From: an uncultured Syntrophobacteraceae bacterium | Lineage (GTDB): Bacteria; Desulfobacterota; Syntrophobacteria; Syntrophobacterales; Syntrophobacteraceae | Direction: 5' to 3' | Assembly (NCBI GenBank): GCA_964441945.1 | Contig: CAYTWB010000002.1 | Location: 51,213-115,212, forward strand | DNA: 64,000 nucleotides | Shown: positions 19,268 through 28,632 of the stretch, piece after piece | How positions within the stretch are numbered: the stretch's first letter is position 1 | Layout: every line of letters starts with the position of its first letter | Notes under the pieces: model-generated | What the model was told of the DNA's origin: nothing | The model's database searches: none | The model's input: only the letters and a program-made list of their open reading frames with translations | Position numbers and translations under genes: made by a program

Positions 19268-20479
19268 ATGCAAGTGAACAAGAGATTCAATGAAGCGCTC
19301 ATGCTGACCGCATTCCTGATGGTTCTTTCTGGGAGCCTCCTGCTTGGCGGCTGTAACCAGCAAAAGCAAGCTGCGCCGCCTCCGGTCCCGGAGGTGGCGG
19401 TGGTGACGGTGCAGCCGCAGCAGGTGGAGCTGACCACCGAACTGCCGGGCCGCACCTCCGCCTATCTTGTGGCGGAAATCCGACCCCAGGTCAACGGGCT
19501 CATCCAGAAGCGGTTGTTCAAGGAAGGTTCCGATGTGAAGGCCGGGCAGGTGCTCTATCAAATCGATCCCGCTCCCTTCCAGGCCGCCCTTGACCATGCC
19601 AGGGCCGCTCTTGCCAAGGCGGAAGCCAATGTGCCGGCAATCCGGTTGAAGATGCAACGATACAAGGAGTTGCTTGCCGACAAAGCGGTGAGTCAGCAGG
19701 ACTACGATGATGCCGAAGCCGCCCTGAAACAGGCCGAGGCGGAGGTGGTCTATGGGAAGGCGGCGGTGGAATCGGCGCGCATCAATCTGGATTATACTCG
19801 GGTGACTGCGCCCATTTCAGGGCGTATCGGCAGATCCAGCGTGACCGACGGCGCACTGGTGACGGCCCATCAGCCCACCGCCCTGGCCACCATCCAACAA
19901 CTGGACCCGATCTACGCCGATGTTCCTCAATCCACCACCGAACTGCTGCGATTGAGGCGGAGGCTTGAGGAGGGCCGTCTTGATCAAAACGGTGGAAACC
20001 AGAAGAAAGTCAAGCTGATCCTGGAAGACAACAACGTCTATGCTCAGGAAGGGACACTTCAGTTTCGAGATGTTACGGTGGACCCGACTACGGGTTCGGT
20101 CATCCTGCGGATTGTATTTCCCAATCCGGACGGGGTGCTGCTGCCGGGTATGTTTGTCCGGGCGGTGGTGAAGGAAGGCATCAACGAACGGGCCATACTC
20201 ATTCCCCAGCAGACCGTGGCGCGTGATCCCAAGGGGAACCCCTCGGTCCTGGTCGTGGACACCGAAGGGAAGGTCCAGCAGCGGCCGCTCACGCTCGATC
20301 GCGCCATGGGTGACCAGTGGCTCGTTGCGTCGGGTCTGTCCATCGGCGAGCGGGTCGTCGTCGAGGGCATGCAGAGAGCCCGACCGGGCAGTTCCGTGAA
20401 GGTCGTTCCAAATGATGCCGGTCGAAAAGAAGGTGCCGTGACCGGGAGCAAATCTCAACCCGTGGCGAAAACCAACTGA
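19268..20479 (+). CDS. RND efflux periplasmic adaptor (membrane fusion protein, AcrA/MexA family), lipoprotein
   Basis: Lipobox LLLGGC, coiled-coil hairpin region, and beta-barrel motifs (YTRVTAPISGRIG, LLPGMFVR). Confidence 0.92.
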   Translation: MQVNKRFNEALMLTAFLMVLSGSLLLGGCNQQKQAAPPPVPEVAVVTVQPQQVELTTELPGRTSAYLVAEIRPQVNGLIQKRLFKEGSDVKAGQVLYQIDPAPFQAALDHARAALAKAEANVPAIRLKMQRYKELLADKAVSQQDYDDAEAALKQAEAEVVYGKAAVESARINLDYTRVTAPISGRIGRSSVTDGALVTAHQPTALATIQQLDPIYADVPQSTTELLRLRRRLEEGRLDQNGGNQKKVKLILEDNNVYAQEGTLQFRDVTVDPTTGSVILRIVFPNPDGVLLPGMFVRAVVKEGINERAILIPQQTVARDPKGNPSVLVVDTEGKVQQRPLTLDRAMGDQWLVASGLSIGERVVVEGMQRARPGSSVKVVPNDAGRKEGAVTGSKSQPVAKTN

Positions 20480-20491
20480 CGGAGGCCTGTG

Positions 20492-23400
20492 ATGCTCTCG
20501 AGATTCTTCCTGGATCGGCCGGTCTTTGCCTGGGTGATCGCTATCATCATCATGGTGGCGGGCGGCCTGGCAATCTACAATCTGCCCATCTCGCAGTACC
20601 CGCCCATCGCCCCGCCGTCCATCGCCATTGATTCCTTCTATGCCGGTGCCTCGGCGGAGACGGTCGAGAACAGCGTAACCCAGATTATCGAACAGAAGAT
20701 GACCGGCTTCGATAAGATGCTATACCTTAAGGCGACCAGTGATTCCGCCGGCGCCTCCCGCATCGAACTCACCTTCACTCCCGGGACTGATCCGGACCTG
20801 GCCTGGGCCCAGGTGCAAAACAAATTGCAGCTTGCCATGGCCAGCCTGCCGGAGGTGGTTCAGCAATCGGGCGTGAAGGTCAGCAAGTCGACCCGGAACT
20901 GGCTGATAATCGTCAGCCTGATCTCCGAAGACGGCAGTATGGATGGCAACGATCTGAGAGACTACGCCCAATCCAACCTCGAGAAGGTGCTGGCGCGCGT
21001 CCCGGGTGTGGGCGAGGTGGAAAACTTCGGTTCGCAATACGCCATGAGGATCTGGCTTGACCCGGACAAGTTGACGGGCTTCAACCTGACGATTGAAGAC
21101 GTCATCATGGCGCTAAGGGCCTACAACGTGGAGATTTCTGCCGGCCAGTTCGGCGGGGCGCCCGCGGTGGAAGGCCAGCGCATGAATGCTTCCATCATTG
21201 TGCAGAGCCTCCTTAAGACGCGCGAAGAGTTCGCCGCCATCCCCATCCGCACGAACCCGGACGGCTCCGTCGTGCGGGTCAGGGACGTGGCTCGCACCGA
21301 ACTGGGGACCGAGACCTACGACATCGAGGGCTATTACAACGGCAAACCGGCTTCCGGTCTGGCCATCCGGCAGGCCGCCGGTGCCAATGCCCTGGACACC
21401 GCCAATGCCGTCAAGGCTAAACTGGAGGAGATGAGTCGGTATTTTCCCCCGGGCATGAAGGTCGTCTATCCCTACGATACCACTCCCTTTATCCAGGTTG
21501 CCATCGATGAAGTGGTCATGACCCTCTTCGAGGCGATCCTGCTGGTCTTTCTGGTCATGTATCTCTTTCTGGGAAACCTCCGCGCTACCCTGATCCCGAC
21601 CATCGCGGTGCCGGTGGTGATCCTCGGGACCTTTGCGGTGCTGGGGTATTTCGGGTTCTCCATCAATATGTTGACCATGTTTGCCATGGTGCTGGCCATC
21701 GGGCTGCTGGTGGATGATGCCATTGTCGTGGTGGAAAACGTGGAGCGGATTATGACCGAGGAAGGGCTTCCGCCCAAGGAAGCCACGCGCAAGTCCATGG
21801 ATGAGATCACCAGCGCGCTTATCGGCATCGGGCTGGTACTCTCCGCCGTCTTCGGCCCCATGGCATTCTTCGGCGGCTCGACCGGGGTCATCTATCGCCA
21901 GTTTTCCGTGACCATTATCGCCTCCATGCTCCTCTCGGTGCTCGTGGCCCTGATTTTGACGCCGGTGCTGTGCGCCTCACTCCTCAAACCGGTGCCCAAG
22001 GGGCATGAACCGGCGGAAAACGCGATCTTTTTTCTGCGCCCCTTCTTTTCCTGGTTCGATCGCACCTTCTTTCGAATTAGAGACATCTATGTGCGAGCGG
22101 TCAACCATGCCCTTTCTCGCAAGTTGCGCTACCTGTTTGTCTTCATTTTGATCGTGGCGGCCCTGGGATGCCTGTTTCAGCGCATGCCCACCGCTTATCT
22201 GCCTGATGAAGACCAGGGGGTAATGTATGTCCAGGCGATGCTTCCGGCAACTTCGACGATTGAGCAGACCAAGAAGGTCATGGACGGGGTCCGGGAGCAT
22301 TTTCTGGTAGAGCAAAAAGACGCGGTGGAGGCAATCATGACAGTTGCGGGCATAGCCTTTGCCGGCAGGGGACAGAACATGGCCATCGCGTTTGTCCGAC
22401 TCCGGGACTGGGAACTTCGAGACCAACCGGAGCTAAAAGTTGCCGCCGTAGCCAGGAAGGCCAACATTGCTTTTTCACAAATCCGGAACGCGATTGTGGT
22501 AGCGTTCCCACCACCGGCCGTCGTCGAACTGGGCAGTGCGAAAGGGTTCGATTTCATGCTGCAGGACCGGGGCGGTGTGGGGCATGAAGCCCTGATGCAG
22601 GCGCGCAACCAGTTGCTCGGCATGGCTGCCCAAGATCCGCGGCTGACGGCTGTGCGTCCCAACGGCATGGAAGATGTGCCCCAGTACCGGATCGACGTGG
22701 ATTGGGAAAGGGCCGGAGCCCTCGGAGTCCCCATCACCTCCATCCACAAGACCATCGCGACGGCTTTCGGCAGCACCTACGTCAACGATTTCATCCAGGC
22801 CGGCCGAGTCAAAAAGGTCTACGTGCAGGCGGATGCCCCCGACCGCATGCTGCCCAAGGACCTGGAAAAGCTCTACGTTCGCAATACCACCGGGAAGATG
22901 GTCCCCTTTTCTTCCTTTGCCTCCGGCCACTGGTCTTCCGGGTCTCCCAAACTGGAGCGCTACAACGCCTTCCCGGCCATCAACATCTGGGGCGAGGCGG
23001 CGCCGGGGAGGAGTTCCGGGGATGCCATGAAGGCGATGGAAGAGATTGCTGCAAAGCTCCCCCAGGGAATCGGTTTCGACTGGACCGGGCTCTCTTATCA
23101 GGAACGGATGGCCGGTGCCCAGGCGCCCATTCTGTACGCTTTTTCGATTCTCGTGATCTTCCTCTGCCTGGCGGCCCTTTATGAGAGCTGGCCGATCCCC
23201 ATCTCGATCCTGCTGACCCTGCCCCTCGGGGCCATCGGCGGCGTCATTGGTTCGACCTGGCAGGGAATGCCCAACGATGTCTATTTTCAGATTGGATTGC
23301 TCACCACCCTGGGCCTGACGACCAAGAATGCCATCCTGATCGTGCAATTCGCCAAGGCCAGGGTGGAGGAGGGCATGGGGTTGATCGAGGCCACGCTGCA

Positions 23401-23674
23401 AGGATCCAAACTGAGGTTTCGGCCGATCATCATGACCTCGCTGGCGTTCGGGTTCGGTGTCCTCCCCCTCGCTTTGGCCAGCGGGGCGGGAGCTGGAGCG
23501 CAAAAGGCCATCGGCATCGGTGTACTGGGGGGGGTGGTTACCGCCACCTTTCTAGTGACTCTCTTTTCCCCCTTGTTCTACGTGCTGATCTTCAAAATGT
23601 CCGGCAAATACCGGAAAGGCGAGGGGACGAAGAAGGCGCAGGCACATCGATCAGAGGAACCATTACATGAATAG
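20492..23674 (+). CDS. RND multidrug efflux transporter, inner-membrane pump (AcrB/MexB family)
   Basis: ~1060 aa, starting MLSRFFLDRPVFAWVIAIIIM…. It has 12-TM architecture and conserved AIGLLVDDAIVVVENVER. The track start 20489 is GTG; the ATG is at 20492. Confidence 0.95.
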   Translation: MLSRFFLDRPVFAWVIAIIIMVAGGLAIYNLPISQYPPIAPPSIAIDSFYAGASAETVENSVTQIIEQKMTGFDKMLYLKATSDSAGASRIELTFTPGTDPDLAWAQVQNKLQLAMASLPEVVQQSGVKVSKSTRNWLIIVSLISEDGSMDGNDLRDYAQSNLEKVLARVPGVGEVENFGSQYAMRIWLDPDKLTGFNLTIEDVIMALRAYNVEISAGQFGGAPAVEGQRMNASIIVQSLLKTREEFAAIPIRTNPDGSVVRVRDVARTELGTETYDIEGYYNGKPASGLAIRQAAGANALDTANAVKAKLEEMSRYFPPGMKVVYPYDTTPFIQVAIDEVVMTLFEAILLVFLVMYLFLGNLRATLIPTIAVPVVILGTFAVLGYFGFSINMLTMFAMVLAIGLLVDDAIVVVENVERIMTEEGLPPKEATRKSMDEITSALIGIGLVLSAVFGPMAFFGGSTGVIYRQFSVTIIASMLLSVLVALILTPVLCASLLKPVPKGHEPAENAIFFLRPFFSWFDRTFFRIRDIYVRAVNHALSRKLRYLFVFILIVAALGCLFQRMPTAYLPDEDQGVMYVQAMLPATSTIEQTKKVMDGVREHFLVEQKDAVEAIMTVAGIAFAGRGQNMAIAFVRLRDWELRDQPELKVAAVARKANIAFSQIRNAIVVAFPPPAVVELGSAKGFDFMLQDRGGVGHEALMQARNQLLGMAAQDPRLTAVRPNGMEDVPQYRIDVDWERAGALGVPITSIHKTIATAFGSTYVNDFIQAGRVKKVYVQADAPDRMLPKDLEKLYVRNTTGKMVPFSSFASGHWSSGSPKLERYNAFPAINIWGEAAPGRSSGDAMKAMEEIAAKLPQGIGFDWTGLSYQERMAGAQAPILYAFSILVIFLCLAALYESWPIPISILLTLPLGAIGGVIGSTWQGMPNDVYFQIGLLTTLGLTTKNAILIVQFAKARVEEGMGLIEATLQGSKLRFRPIIMTSLAFGFGVLPLALASGAGAGAQKAIGIGVLGGVVTATFLVTLFSPLFYVLIFKMSGKYRKGEGTKKAQAHRSEEPLHE

Positions 23675-25076
23675 ACCGCGACTATTACTGTTTGCTCTAG
23701 CCATCACGCTCTTGAGCGGCTGCACGATGGCCCCGAAATACACCCGACCTGAAGCCCCGGTCCCTGCCGAGTGGCCGGATAGTCTTGCCTACGAAGACTC
23801 AATGGCCAAGCCCGATGCACGGACGGTAGCCGAGACCGGCTGGCGGGAATTCTTTGCCGACCTGCGGCTCCGGAGAATAATCGAGACGGCTTTGAGCAAC
23901 AACCTTGACCTGCGCGCGGCCGCCTTGAATGTTGAAAGAGCGCGCGCGATTTACGGCATTCGACGGGTGGATCTGTTACCGACGGTCAACGGGGCCGGCA
24001 GCTATTACAAGGCGAAGATACCCGTTGATATTTCAGGCAGCGAGGACACCCCGACGATCGAGCAATTCGAGGTCAATCTCGGTATGGCTTCCTGGGAGAT
24101 CGACTTCTTCGGCCGCATTCGCAGCCTGAAGGACAAGGCCCTGGAGGAGTACTTTGCCTCTGAGGAGGCCCGCCGCAGCGCTCAGATTCTGCTGGTTTCC
24201 GAGGTTGCCGGCGTTTACCTGGTCCTCGCTTCGGACCGGGAACGCCTCAAGCTGGCCCAATCTACCCTGGATACCCAGGAAGCGGCGTACAATCTGATTC
24301 GACGGCGTCGTGAAGTCGGACTTGCCGGTGAGCTGGACCTTCGCCAGGCCCAAACGAGAGTCGATGCGGCCCGGGTGGATATTGCCCGCTACTCACGACA
24401 GGTGGCTCAAGACGAGAACGCCCTGAACCTGCTGACTGGCTTGCCGGTGTCGAATGAACTTCTGCCGAACGACCTGAGCAGTGTCGAACCACCCCGCGAA
24501 ATTTCTCCCGGTCTGTCGTCCGAGGTGCTCCTGTACCGCCCGGACATCCTTCAGGCCGAGAATCTGCTCAAGGCTGCCAACGCCAATATCGGGGCCGCCA
24601 GGGCGGCCTTCTTCCCGCGCATTACGCTGACGGCGGCCTTCGGGACCGCCAGCGGAGACCTGTCCCGTCTTTTCAGGCCCGGCCAGGATGCCTGGACTTT
24701 TGCACCGCAGATCGTTATGCCGATTTTTGACGCCCGTACGTGGTGGGCCCTGAAAGCAACCAAAGTGGACAGGGAGATCGCCGTAACCCAGTACGAAAAG
24801 TCCATCCAGGCGGCTTTCAGGGAAGTGGCTGACGCTCTGGCTATGCGAGGCACGGTGGATGACCAGTTGGCGGCCCAGCAGTCTCTTGTCGATGCCAGCT
24901 CAGAAGCGTATCGCCTCTCCAATGCCCGTTACATAAAGGGAATAGACAGCTTCCTGGTCGTTCTCGATTCCCAGCGTTCCCTCTATGAGGCGCAACAGGG
25001 GCTTATCACTGTCAACCTGGCTCGCCTCGCCAATCAGGTGAAGCTTTATGCCGTGCTGGGTGGGGGGAGTGATTAG
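23667..25076 (+). CDS. RND efflux outer-membrane factor lipoprotein (OprM/NodT family)
   Basis: Lipobox LLSGC and a duplicated OEP repeat (…LDLRAAALNVERA… and …ILQAENLLKAANANIGAARAAFFPRI…). It overlaps the pump gene stop by 8 nt. Confidence 0.92.
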   Translation: MNRPRLLLFALAITLLSGCTMAPKYTRPEAPVPAEWPDSLAYEDSMAKPDARTVAETGWREFFADLRLRRIIETALSNNLDLRAAALNVERARAIYGIRRVDLLPTVNGAGSYYKAKIPVDISGSEDTPTIEQFEVNLGMASWEIDFFGRIRSLKDKALEEYFASEEARRSAQILLVSEVAGVYLVLASDRERLKLAQSTLDTQEAAYNLIRRRREVGLAGELDLRQAQTRVDAARVDIARYSRQVAQDENALNLLTGLPVSNELLPNDLSSVEPPREISPGLSSEVLLYRPDILQAENLLKAANANIGAARAAFFPRITLTAAFGTASGDLSRLFRPGQDAWTFAPQIVMPIFDARTWWALKATKVDREIAVTQYEKSIQAAFREVADALAMRGTVDDQLAAQQSLVDASSEAYRLSNARYIKGIDSFLVVLDSQRSLYEAQQGLITVNLARLANQVKLYAVLGGGSD

Positions 25077-25093
25077 TGGAGCGGTCCGGGTGC

Positions 25094-25525
25094 TCAGATG
25101 CTGTAGGAGATGGCACGCTGCTTTTCCTTTTCGAGCATCCCTTCAAGGGTGAACGAATCCAGAGCTTCCAGCATCTTGTCGGTGACATCCCTCCATACGT
25201 CTCGCACAACGCAGTTGGCGGACCGCTTGCACAAAGAGGGCTGGTTCGTGCATTCCACCAGGCACATCGGTCCTTCCAGGACCTGCAGGATTTCCTTCAA
25301 GGTTATTGAATGGGGTGGTTTGGCCAGGACATAGCCCCCCTGGGAGCCTCGGATGGAATGGATCAATCCGGCGTTTTTCAGGGGCGGGATGAGATGCCAC
25401 AAATACTTCTCCGAGACGGCCTGCCTCTTCGCCACATCCTTGAGGCTCACGTTTCCCTTCCCGTAATGAAGGGCCAGGTCGAGCATCAAACGAACACCAT
25501 AGCGGCCTTTGGTTGAGAGTCTCAC
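25094..25525 (-). CDS. Rrf2-family regulator with a Cys cluster (probable Fe-S-binding, IscR/NsrR-like)
   Basis: GTG 25525 follows GGGGGGAG and gives VRLSTKGRYGVRLMLDLALHY…. The Cys motif is CLVECTNQPSLCKRSANC. It is divergent from the Hdr-like genes. Confidence 0.85.
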   Translation of the reverse strand: MRLSTKGRYGVRLMLDLALHYGKGNVSLKDVAKRQAVSEKYLWHLIPPLKNAGLIHSIRGSQGGYVLAKPPHSITLKEILQVLEGPMCLVECTNQPSLCKRSANCVVRDVWRDVTDKMLEALDSFTLEGMLEKEKQRAISYSI

Positions 25526-25606
25526 GTTTTCTCCCCCCTCTGATTTTGCCCACATATTGGCATCATCCAATCCGATTGGTCAAGGCAATTCCAGGAGAAG
25601 GATGTG

Positions 25607-25655
25607 TTGACAAAAGGCTTTTAGCCGTATATTTTCTCGCACCATACGGAAAATA
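25607..25655 (+). promoter_or_regulatory. Candidate promoter (TTGACA, then TATATT/TATTTT) overlapping the inverted repeat TATTTTC-N12-GAAAATA
   Basis: -35 at 25607-25612, -10 candidates at 25628-25635, inverted-repeat arms at 25630-25636 and 25649-25655. It lies in the Rrf2/Hdr-like divergent intergenic region. Confidence 0.4.
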
Positions 25656-25764
25656 CCCTTGGATCAGAAGTCGTCCCAATGGCCGCCGTTTGTCGGGGTG
25701 ATTCTCATCGGCTCCATCACTGGGACGAAGAATCGGAAATGTGCACCAGAGAGGACCGATCAAC

Positions 25765-27519
25765 ATGTTCTATATCGTGTCACTGTACGTTTCCCTGGCT
25801 CTCTTCGCCATTGGCCTGCTCTACAAGATATCGACCTGGTTCCGATACCATATCGGCATAGAGGCAAGGGGGATTCCGGTTTCGACAAGAATGGCCGAGG
25901 CTGCCCGGGGAATCGTCACGGCCCTCTTCAGTCCCAAGGTCTTCACGCTGATCAGGGTGTTCATCCTCGATGTGGTTTTTCAGGTCAGGATGCTTCGGGA
26001 GGATTTTTCCCGATGGCTCATGCACCTGTGCATCTATGGCGGATTTATGGGATTGCTGTTGATGCACGCTCTCAGCAAGTATACGATGGCCGTCCTCTTT
26101 CCGGACTACTATTCCACGGTCAATCCCTTTTTGTTTCTAAGAGATCTGTTCGGTATCCTGGTGTTGTTCGGTTTCGCTCTGGCCGTCTTCCGCCGCTATT
26201 TCCGCAAGGGGTGGCGTCCGGCAACGAATGCCATGGATCTCTATGCCCTCCTGATCCTGTTGGTCATCATGGTCTCGGGAGTCTTGCTGAAAGGCTCGAA
26301 AATAGTCTCTCCCTCCGTCTTTCGGAGCATGACCCAGGATTATCTCATTCAGCCGGATGATGAACAGATCAGGTCTCTTTCATCCTACTGGGTAGAGGAG
26401 TATGGGGCGGTCCTGCCCGGTTTCAAGGGCCCGTTCGACGCCAAAGAGCTCCAACAGGGCAGGGATGTCCATGAGATGAGCTGCATGCAGTGTCATTCAC
26501 GTCCTCAGTGGGCGCCTGCAAGCTATGTCGCTTCAAGGCTTTTGAAGCCCGCCGGCGAAGCATTGGACCAGGCGAACATGCCCGGCATCCTCTGGCACCT
26601 GCACTTTCTGGCTTGCTTTATTGGCCTTGCCTACCTTCCTTTCAGCAAGATGTTTCACATCTTCGCGAGTCCGCTGAGTCTTATGGTCAATAGTGTTTTG
26701 GATCGCAGTGCCGCATCCCGGGCGAACCTGGCGACCGTTCAGGTCCTTGAGCTGGATGCCTGCACCCACTGTGGGGCCTGCACGCAGCGATGTTCGATGG
26801 CGGTTGCCTTCGAGGAGATCCCCAATGTGAATATTCTCCCGTCGGAAAAAATCGCTTCTCTGAAAGCGCTGGCTGCAGGCAAAAGCCTCAGTGATCGCGA
26901 GGTCCGGACCATCCAGCAGGGGCTGTTCCTCTGTACCAATTGTGATCGCTGCACGATGGTGTGTCCGGTTGGGATCGGCTTGAGGGATTTGTGGCGCAGT
27001 GTTCGAGAGATGCTCCTGGAGAAGGCCGTGCCGGAGTCTTTGTTGCTGTCTCCCCTTTCCCTGGACCGCGCACTCATGCAGGAATCCCTCGATCAGGATC
27101 AATACAGAAGGCCTTTTGACCTGGTCAGGGAGAGTCTTTCAACTGGTCCTGTTCCGGAAAAAAGAGAAGTTCCCGGCGTGCCGGCTCGTCTGGGAGAGAA
27201 AGCCCTGCTCGCCGGTCTGAATGCATCCATTCAGGCAGGTTCATTCTCTCACTGCTATGGCTGTGTGACCTGTTCCAACGCCTGCCCCGTTGTGCGCAAT
27301 TTCGAAAAGCCGGGAGAGGTGCTTGGGCTCATGCCGCACCAGCTCATGCACGCCATCGGTTTCAGGCAGTGGGACCTGGTCTTCGGATCGATGATGCTGT
27401 GGGATTGCCTCGGGTGCTACCAATGCCAGGAGAATTGCCCGCAGGGTGTGCGGGTTGCCGACATCCTCTATGAACTGAAAAGCCTGGCTGCATTGCAGGT
27501 CGAAGAGAAGTCCACATGA
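25765..27519 (+). CDS. Membrane-anchored iron-sulfur protein: NarI/DsrM-like polytopic N-domain fused to two 2x[4Fe-4S] ferredoxin (HdrC-like) domains
   Basis: ATG 25765 gives MFYIVSLYVSLALFAIGLLY, followed by ~5-6 TM helices. Four CxxCxxCxxxC(P) motifs follow: CTHCGACTQRC, CTNCDRCTMVCP, CYGCVTCSNACP, CLGCYQCQENCP. Confidence 0.8.
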   Translation: MFYIVSLYVSLALFAIGLLYKISTWFRYHIGIEARGIPVSTRMAEAARGIVTALFSPKVFTLIRVFILDVVFQVRMLREDFSRWLMHLCIYGGFMGLLLMHALSKYTMAVLFPDYYSTVNPFLFLRDLFGILVLFGFALAVFRRYFRKGWRPATNAMDLYALLILLVIMVSGVLLKGSKIVSPSVFRSMTQDYLIQPDDEQIRSLSSYWVEEYGAVLPGFKGPFDAKELQQGRDVHEMSCMQCHSRPQWAPASYVASRLLKPAGEALDQANMPGILWHLHFLACFIGLAYLPFSKMFHIFASPLSLMVNSVLDRSAASRANLATVQVLELDACTHCGACTQRCSMAVAFEEIPNVNILPSEKIASLKALAAGKSLSDREVRTIQQGLFLCTNCDRCTMVCPVGIGLRDLWRSVREMLLEKAVPESLLLSPLSLDRALMQESLDQDQYRRPFDLVRESLSTGPVPEKREVPGVPARLGEKALLAGLNASIQAGSFSHCYGCVTCSNACPVVRNFEKPGEVLGLMPHQLMHAIGFRQWDLVFGSMMLWDCLGCYQCQENCPQGVRVADILYELKSLAALQVEEKST

Positions 27520-27532
27520 TTGGTGAGGGAGT

Positions 27533-28408
27533 ATGAAGATCGCTCTGTTTCGCTGCTGTGTGACGGCGATAGGTCTGGATCATTTTGAATCCTCGACCAA
27601 CGCGGTCCTCCGGAAACTGGGGATAGAATTCGTGGATTTGAAGGAGTTCGGATGCTGCGGATATCCCCTGAGGAACTTCAATTTCAGGGCGTTTGTTCTT
27701 GCTTCAGCACGAAATCTGGCACTGGCTGAAAGACGAGGTCTGAATATCCTGACCGCATGCAACTGCTGTTACGGGAATCTCAAGCACGCCGCACACCTGA
27801 TGAAAGAGGACGCCGCCCTGAGAGATGATATCAATGCGGCCCTGGCAAGAGAGGGTTTGCACTATGAGGGCGATATCGGAGCGAAACATCTCCTGCAGGT
27901 TCTGCATGATGAAATCGGCATTGAGGTCATCAAAGCAAGTCTCAAAAAGACGTTTCGGAACCTCAAAATCGCCACGCACTATGGCTGCCATCTTTTGAGG
28001 CCTTCCGATATTGCCCAGTTCGATCAGCCGTTCTCGCCCACAAAATTTGATCGGCTGGTGACCGTTACCGGGGCCGAATCGATTTCCTGGTCAGCCAAGC
28101 TCGATTGTTGCGGATCGCCTTTGGTGGGGGCCAATAGTGAGCTTTCGATGGACCTGACCCAGAAAAAACTACAAAGCGCCAGGGAAGGGGGGGCTGACTA
28201 CATATGTGTCATCTGTCCCTACTGCCAGATGCAGTTCGACACGGTGCAGAAGATCATGGTTTTCCGTCGAGGGGCAAAGGCAGTCTTGCCGTCCATTCTC
28301 TACCCGCAGCTCCTCGGGCTTTGCCTGGAAATCCCTCCTCAACAACTCGGAATAGAGATGAACAAAGTCCCGATCACCGGGCTCCAGCAGCTCCTCTCCG
28401 ACAATTAG
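27533..28408 (+). CDS. HdrB-like protein with two CCG (Cys-rich) domains
   Basis: MKIALFRCCV…FGCCGYP…C..CY and …HYGCH…LDCCGSP…CPYC form the duplicated CCG-domain pattern of heterodisulfide reductase subunit B / succinate dehydrogenase C-type proteins. Confidence 0.85.
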   Translation: MKIALFRCCVTAIGLDHFESSTNAVLRKLGIEFVDLKEFGCCGYPLRNFNFRAFVLASARNLALAERRGLNILTACNCCYGNLKHAAHLMKEDAALRDDINAALAREGLHYEGDIGAKHLLQVLHDEIGIEVIKASLKKTFRNLKIATHYGCHLLRPSDIAQFDQPFSPTKFDRLVTVTGAESISWSAKLDCCGSPLVGANSELSMDLTQKKLQSAREGGADYICVICPYCQMQFDTVQKIMVFRRGAKAVLPSILYPQLLGLCLEIPPQQLGIEMNKVPITGLQQLLSDN

Positions 28409-28450
28409 GAATCGTCCAAAAACAAGTATCACACAAACTCGTGATTCATC

Positions 28451-28529
28451 GGGCGGGCATGAAGCCCGCCCCTTGCTACAAGCGCTGAATCCGCTTAGCG
28501 CATACAAGGGGCGGGGTTTACCCCCGCCC
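28451..28529. repeat. Two GC-rich stem-loops of the 'GGGCGGGC-loop-GCCCGCCC' hairpin family
   Basis: gggcgggc-atgaa-gcccgccc lies at 28451-28471 and gggcgggg-tttac-ccccgccc at 28509-28529, between convergent genes. A near-identical hairpin is at 39597-39617. Confidence 0.7.
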
Positions 28530-28632
28530 GAATAGACTCAGCGCTTGGATGGTGGTCCGGGCATGTTTCTATCACGAAGGACACGAAGAAAAGATCGAAA
28601 GAACAATTCCGCCGGTTTGGGAGATACAAAGA

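Noticed and set aside
22475-23503. 342-aa minus-strand ORF inside the RND pump gene (and several shorter ones between 20638 and 23547)
   Set aside because: They are the antisense of an AcrB-family gene that is colinear over ~1060 aa.
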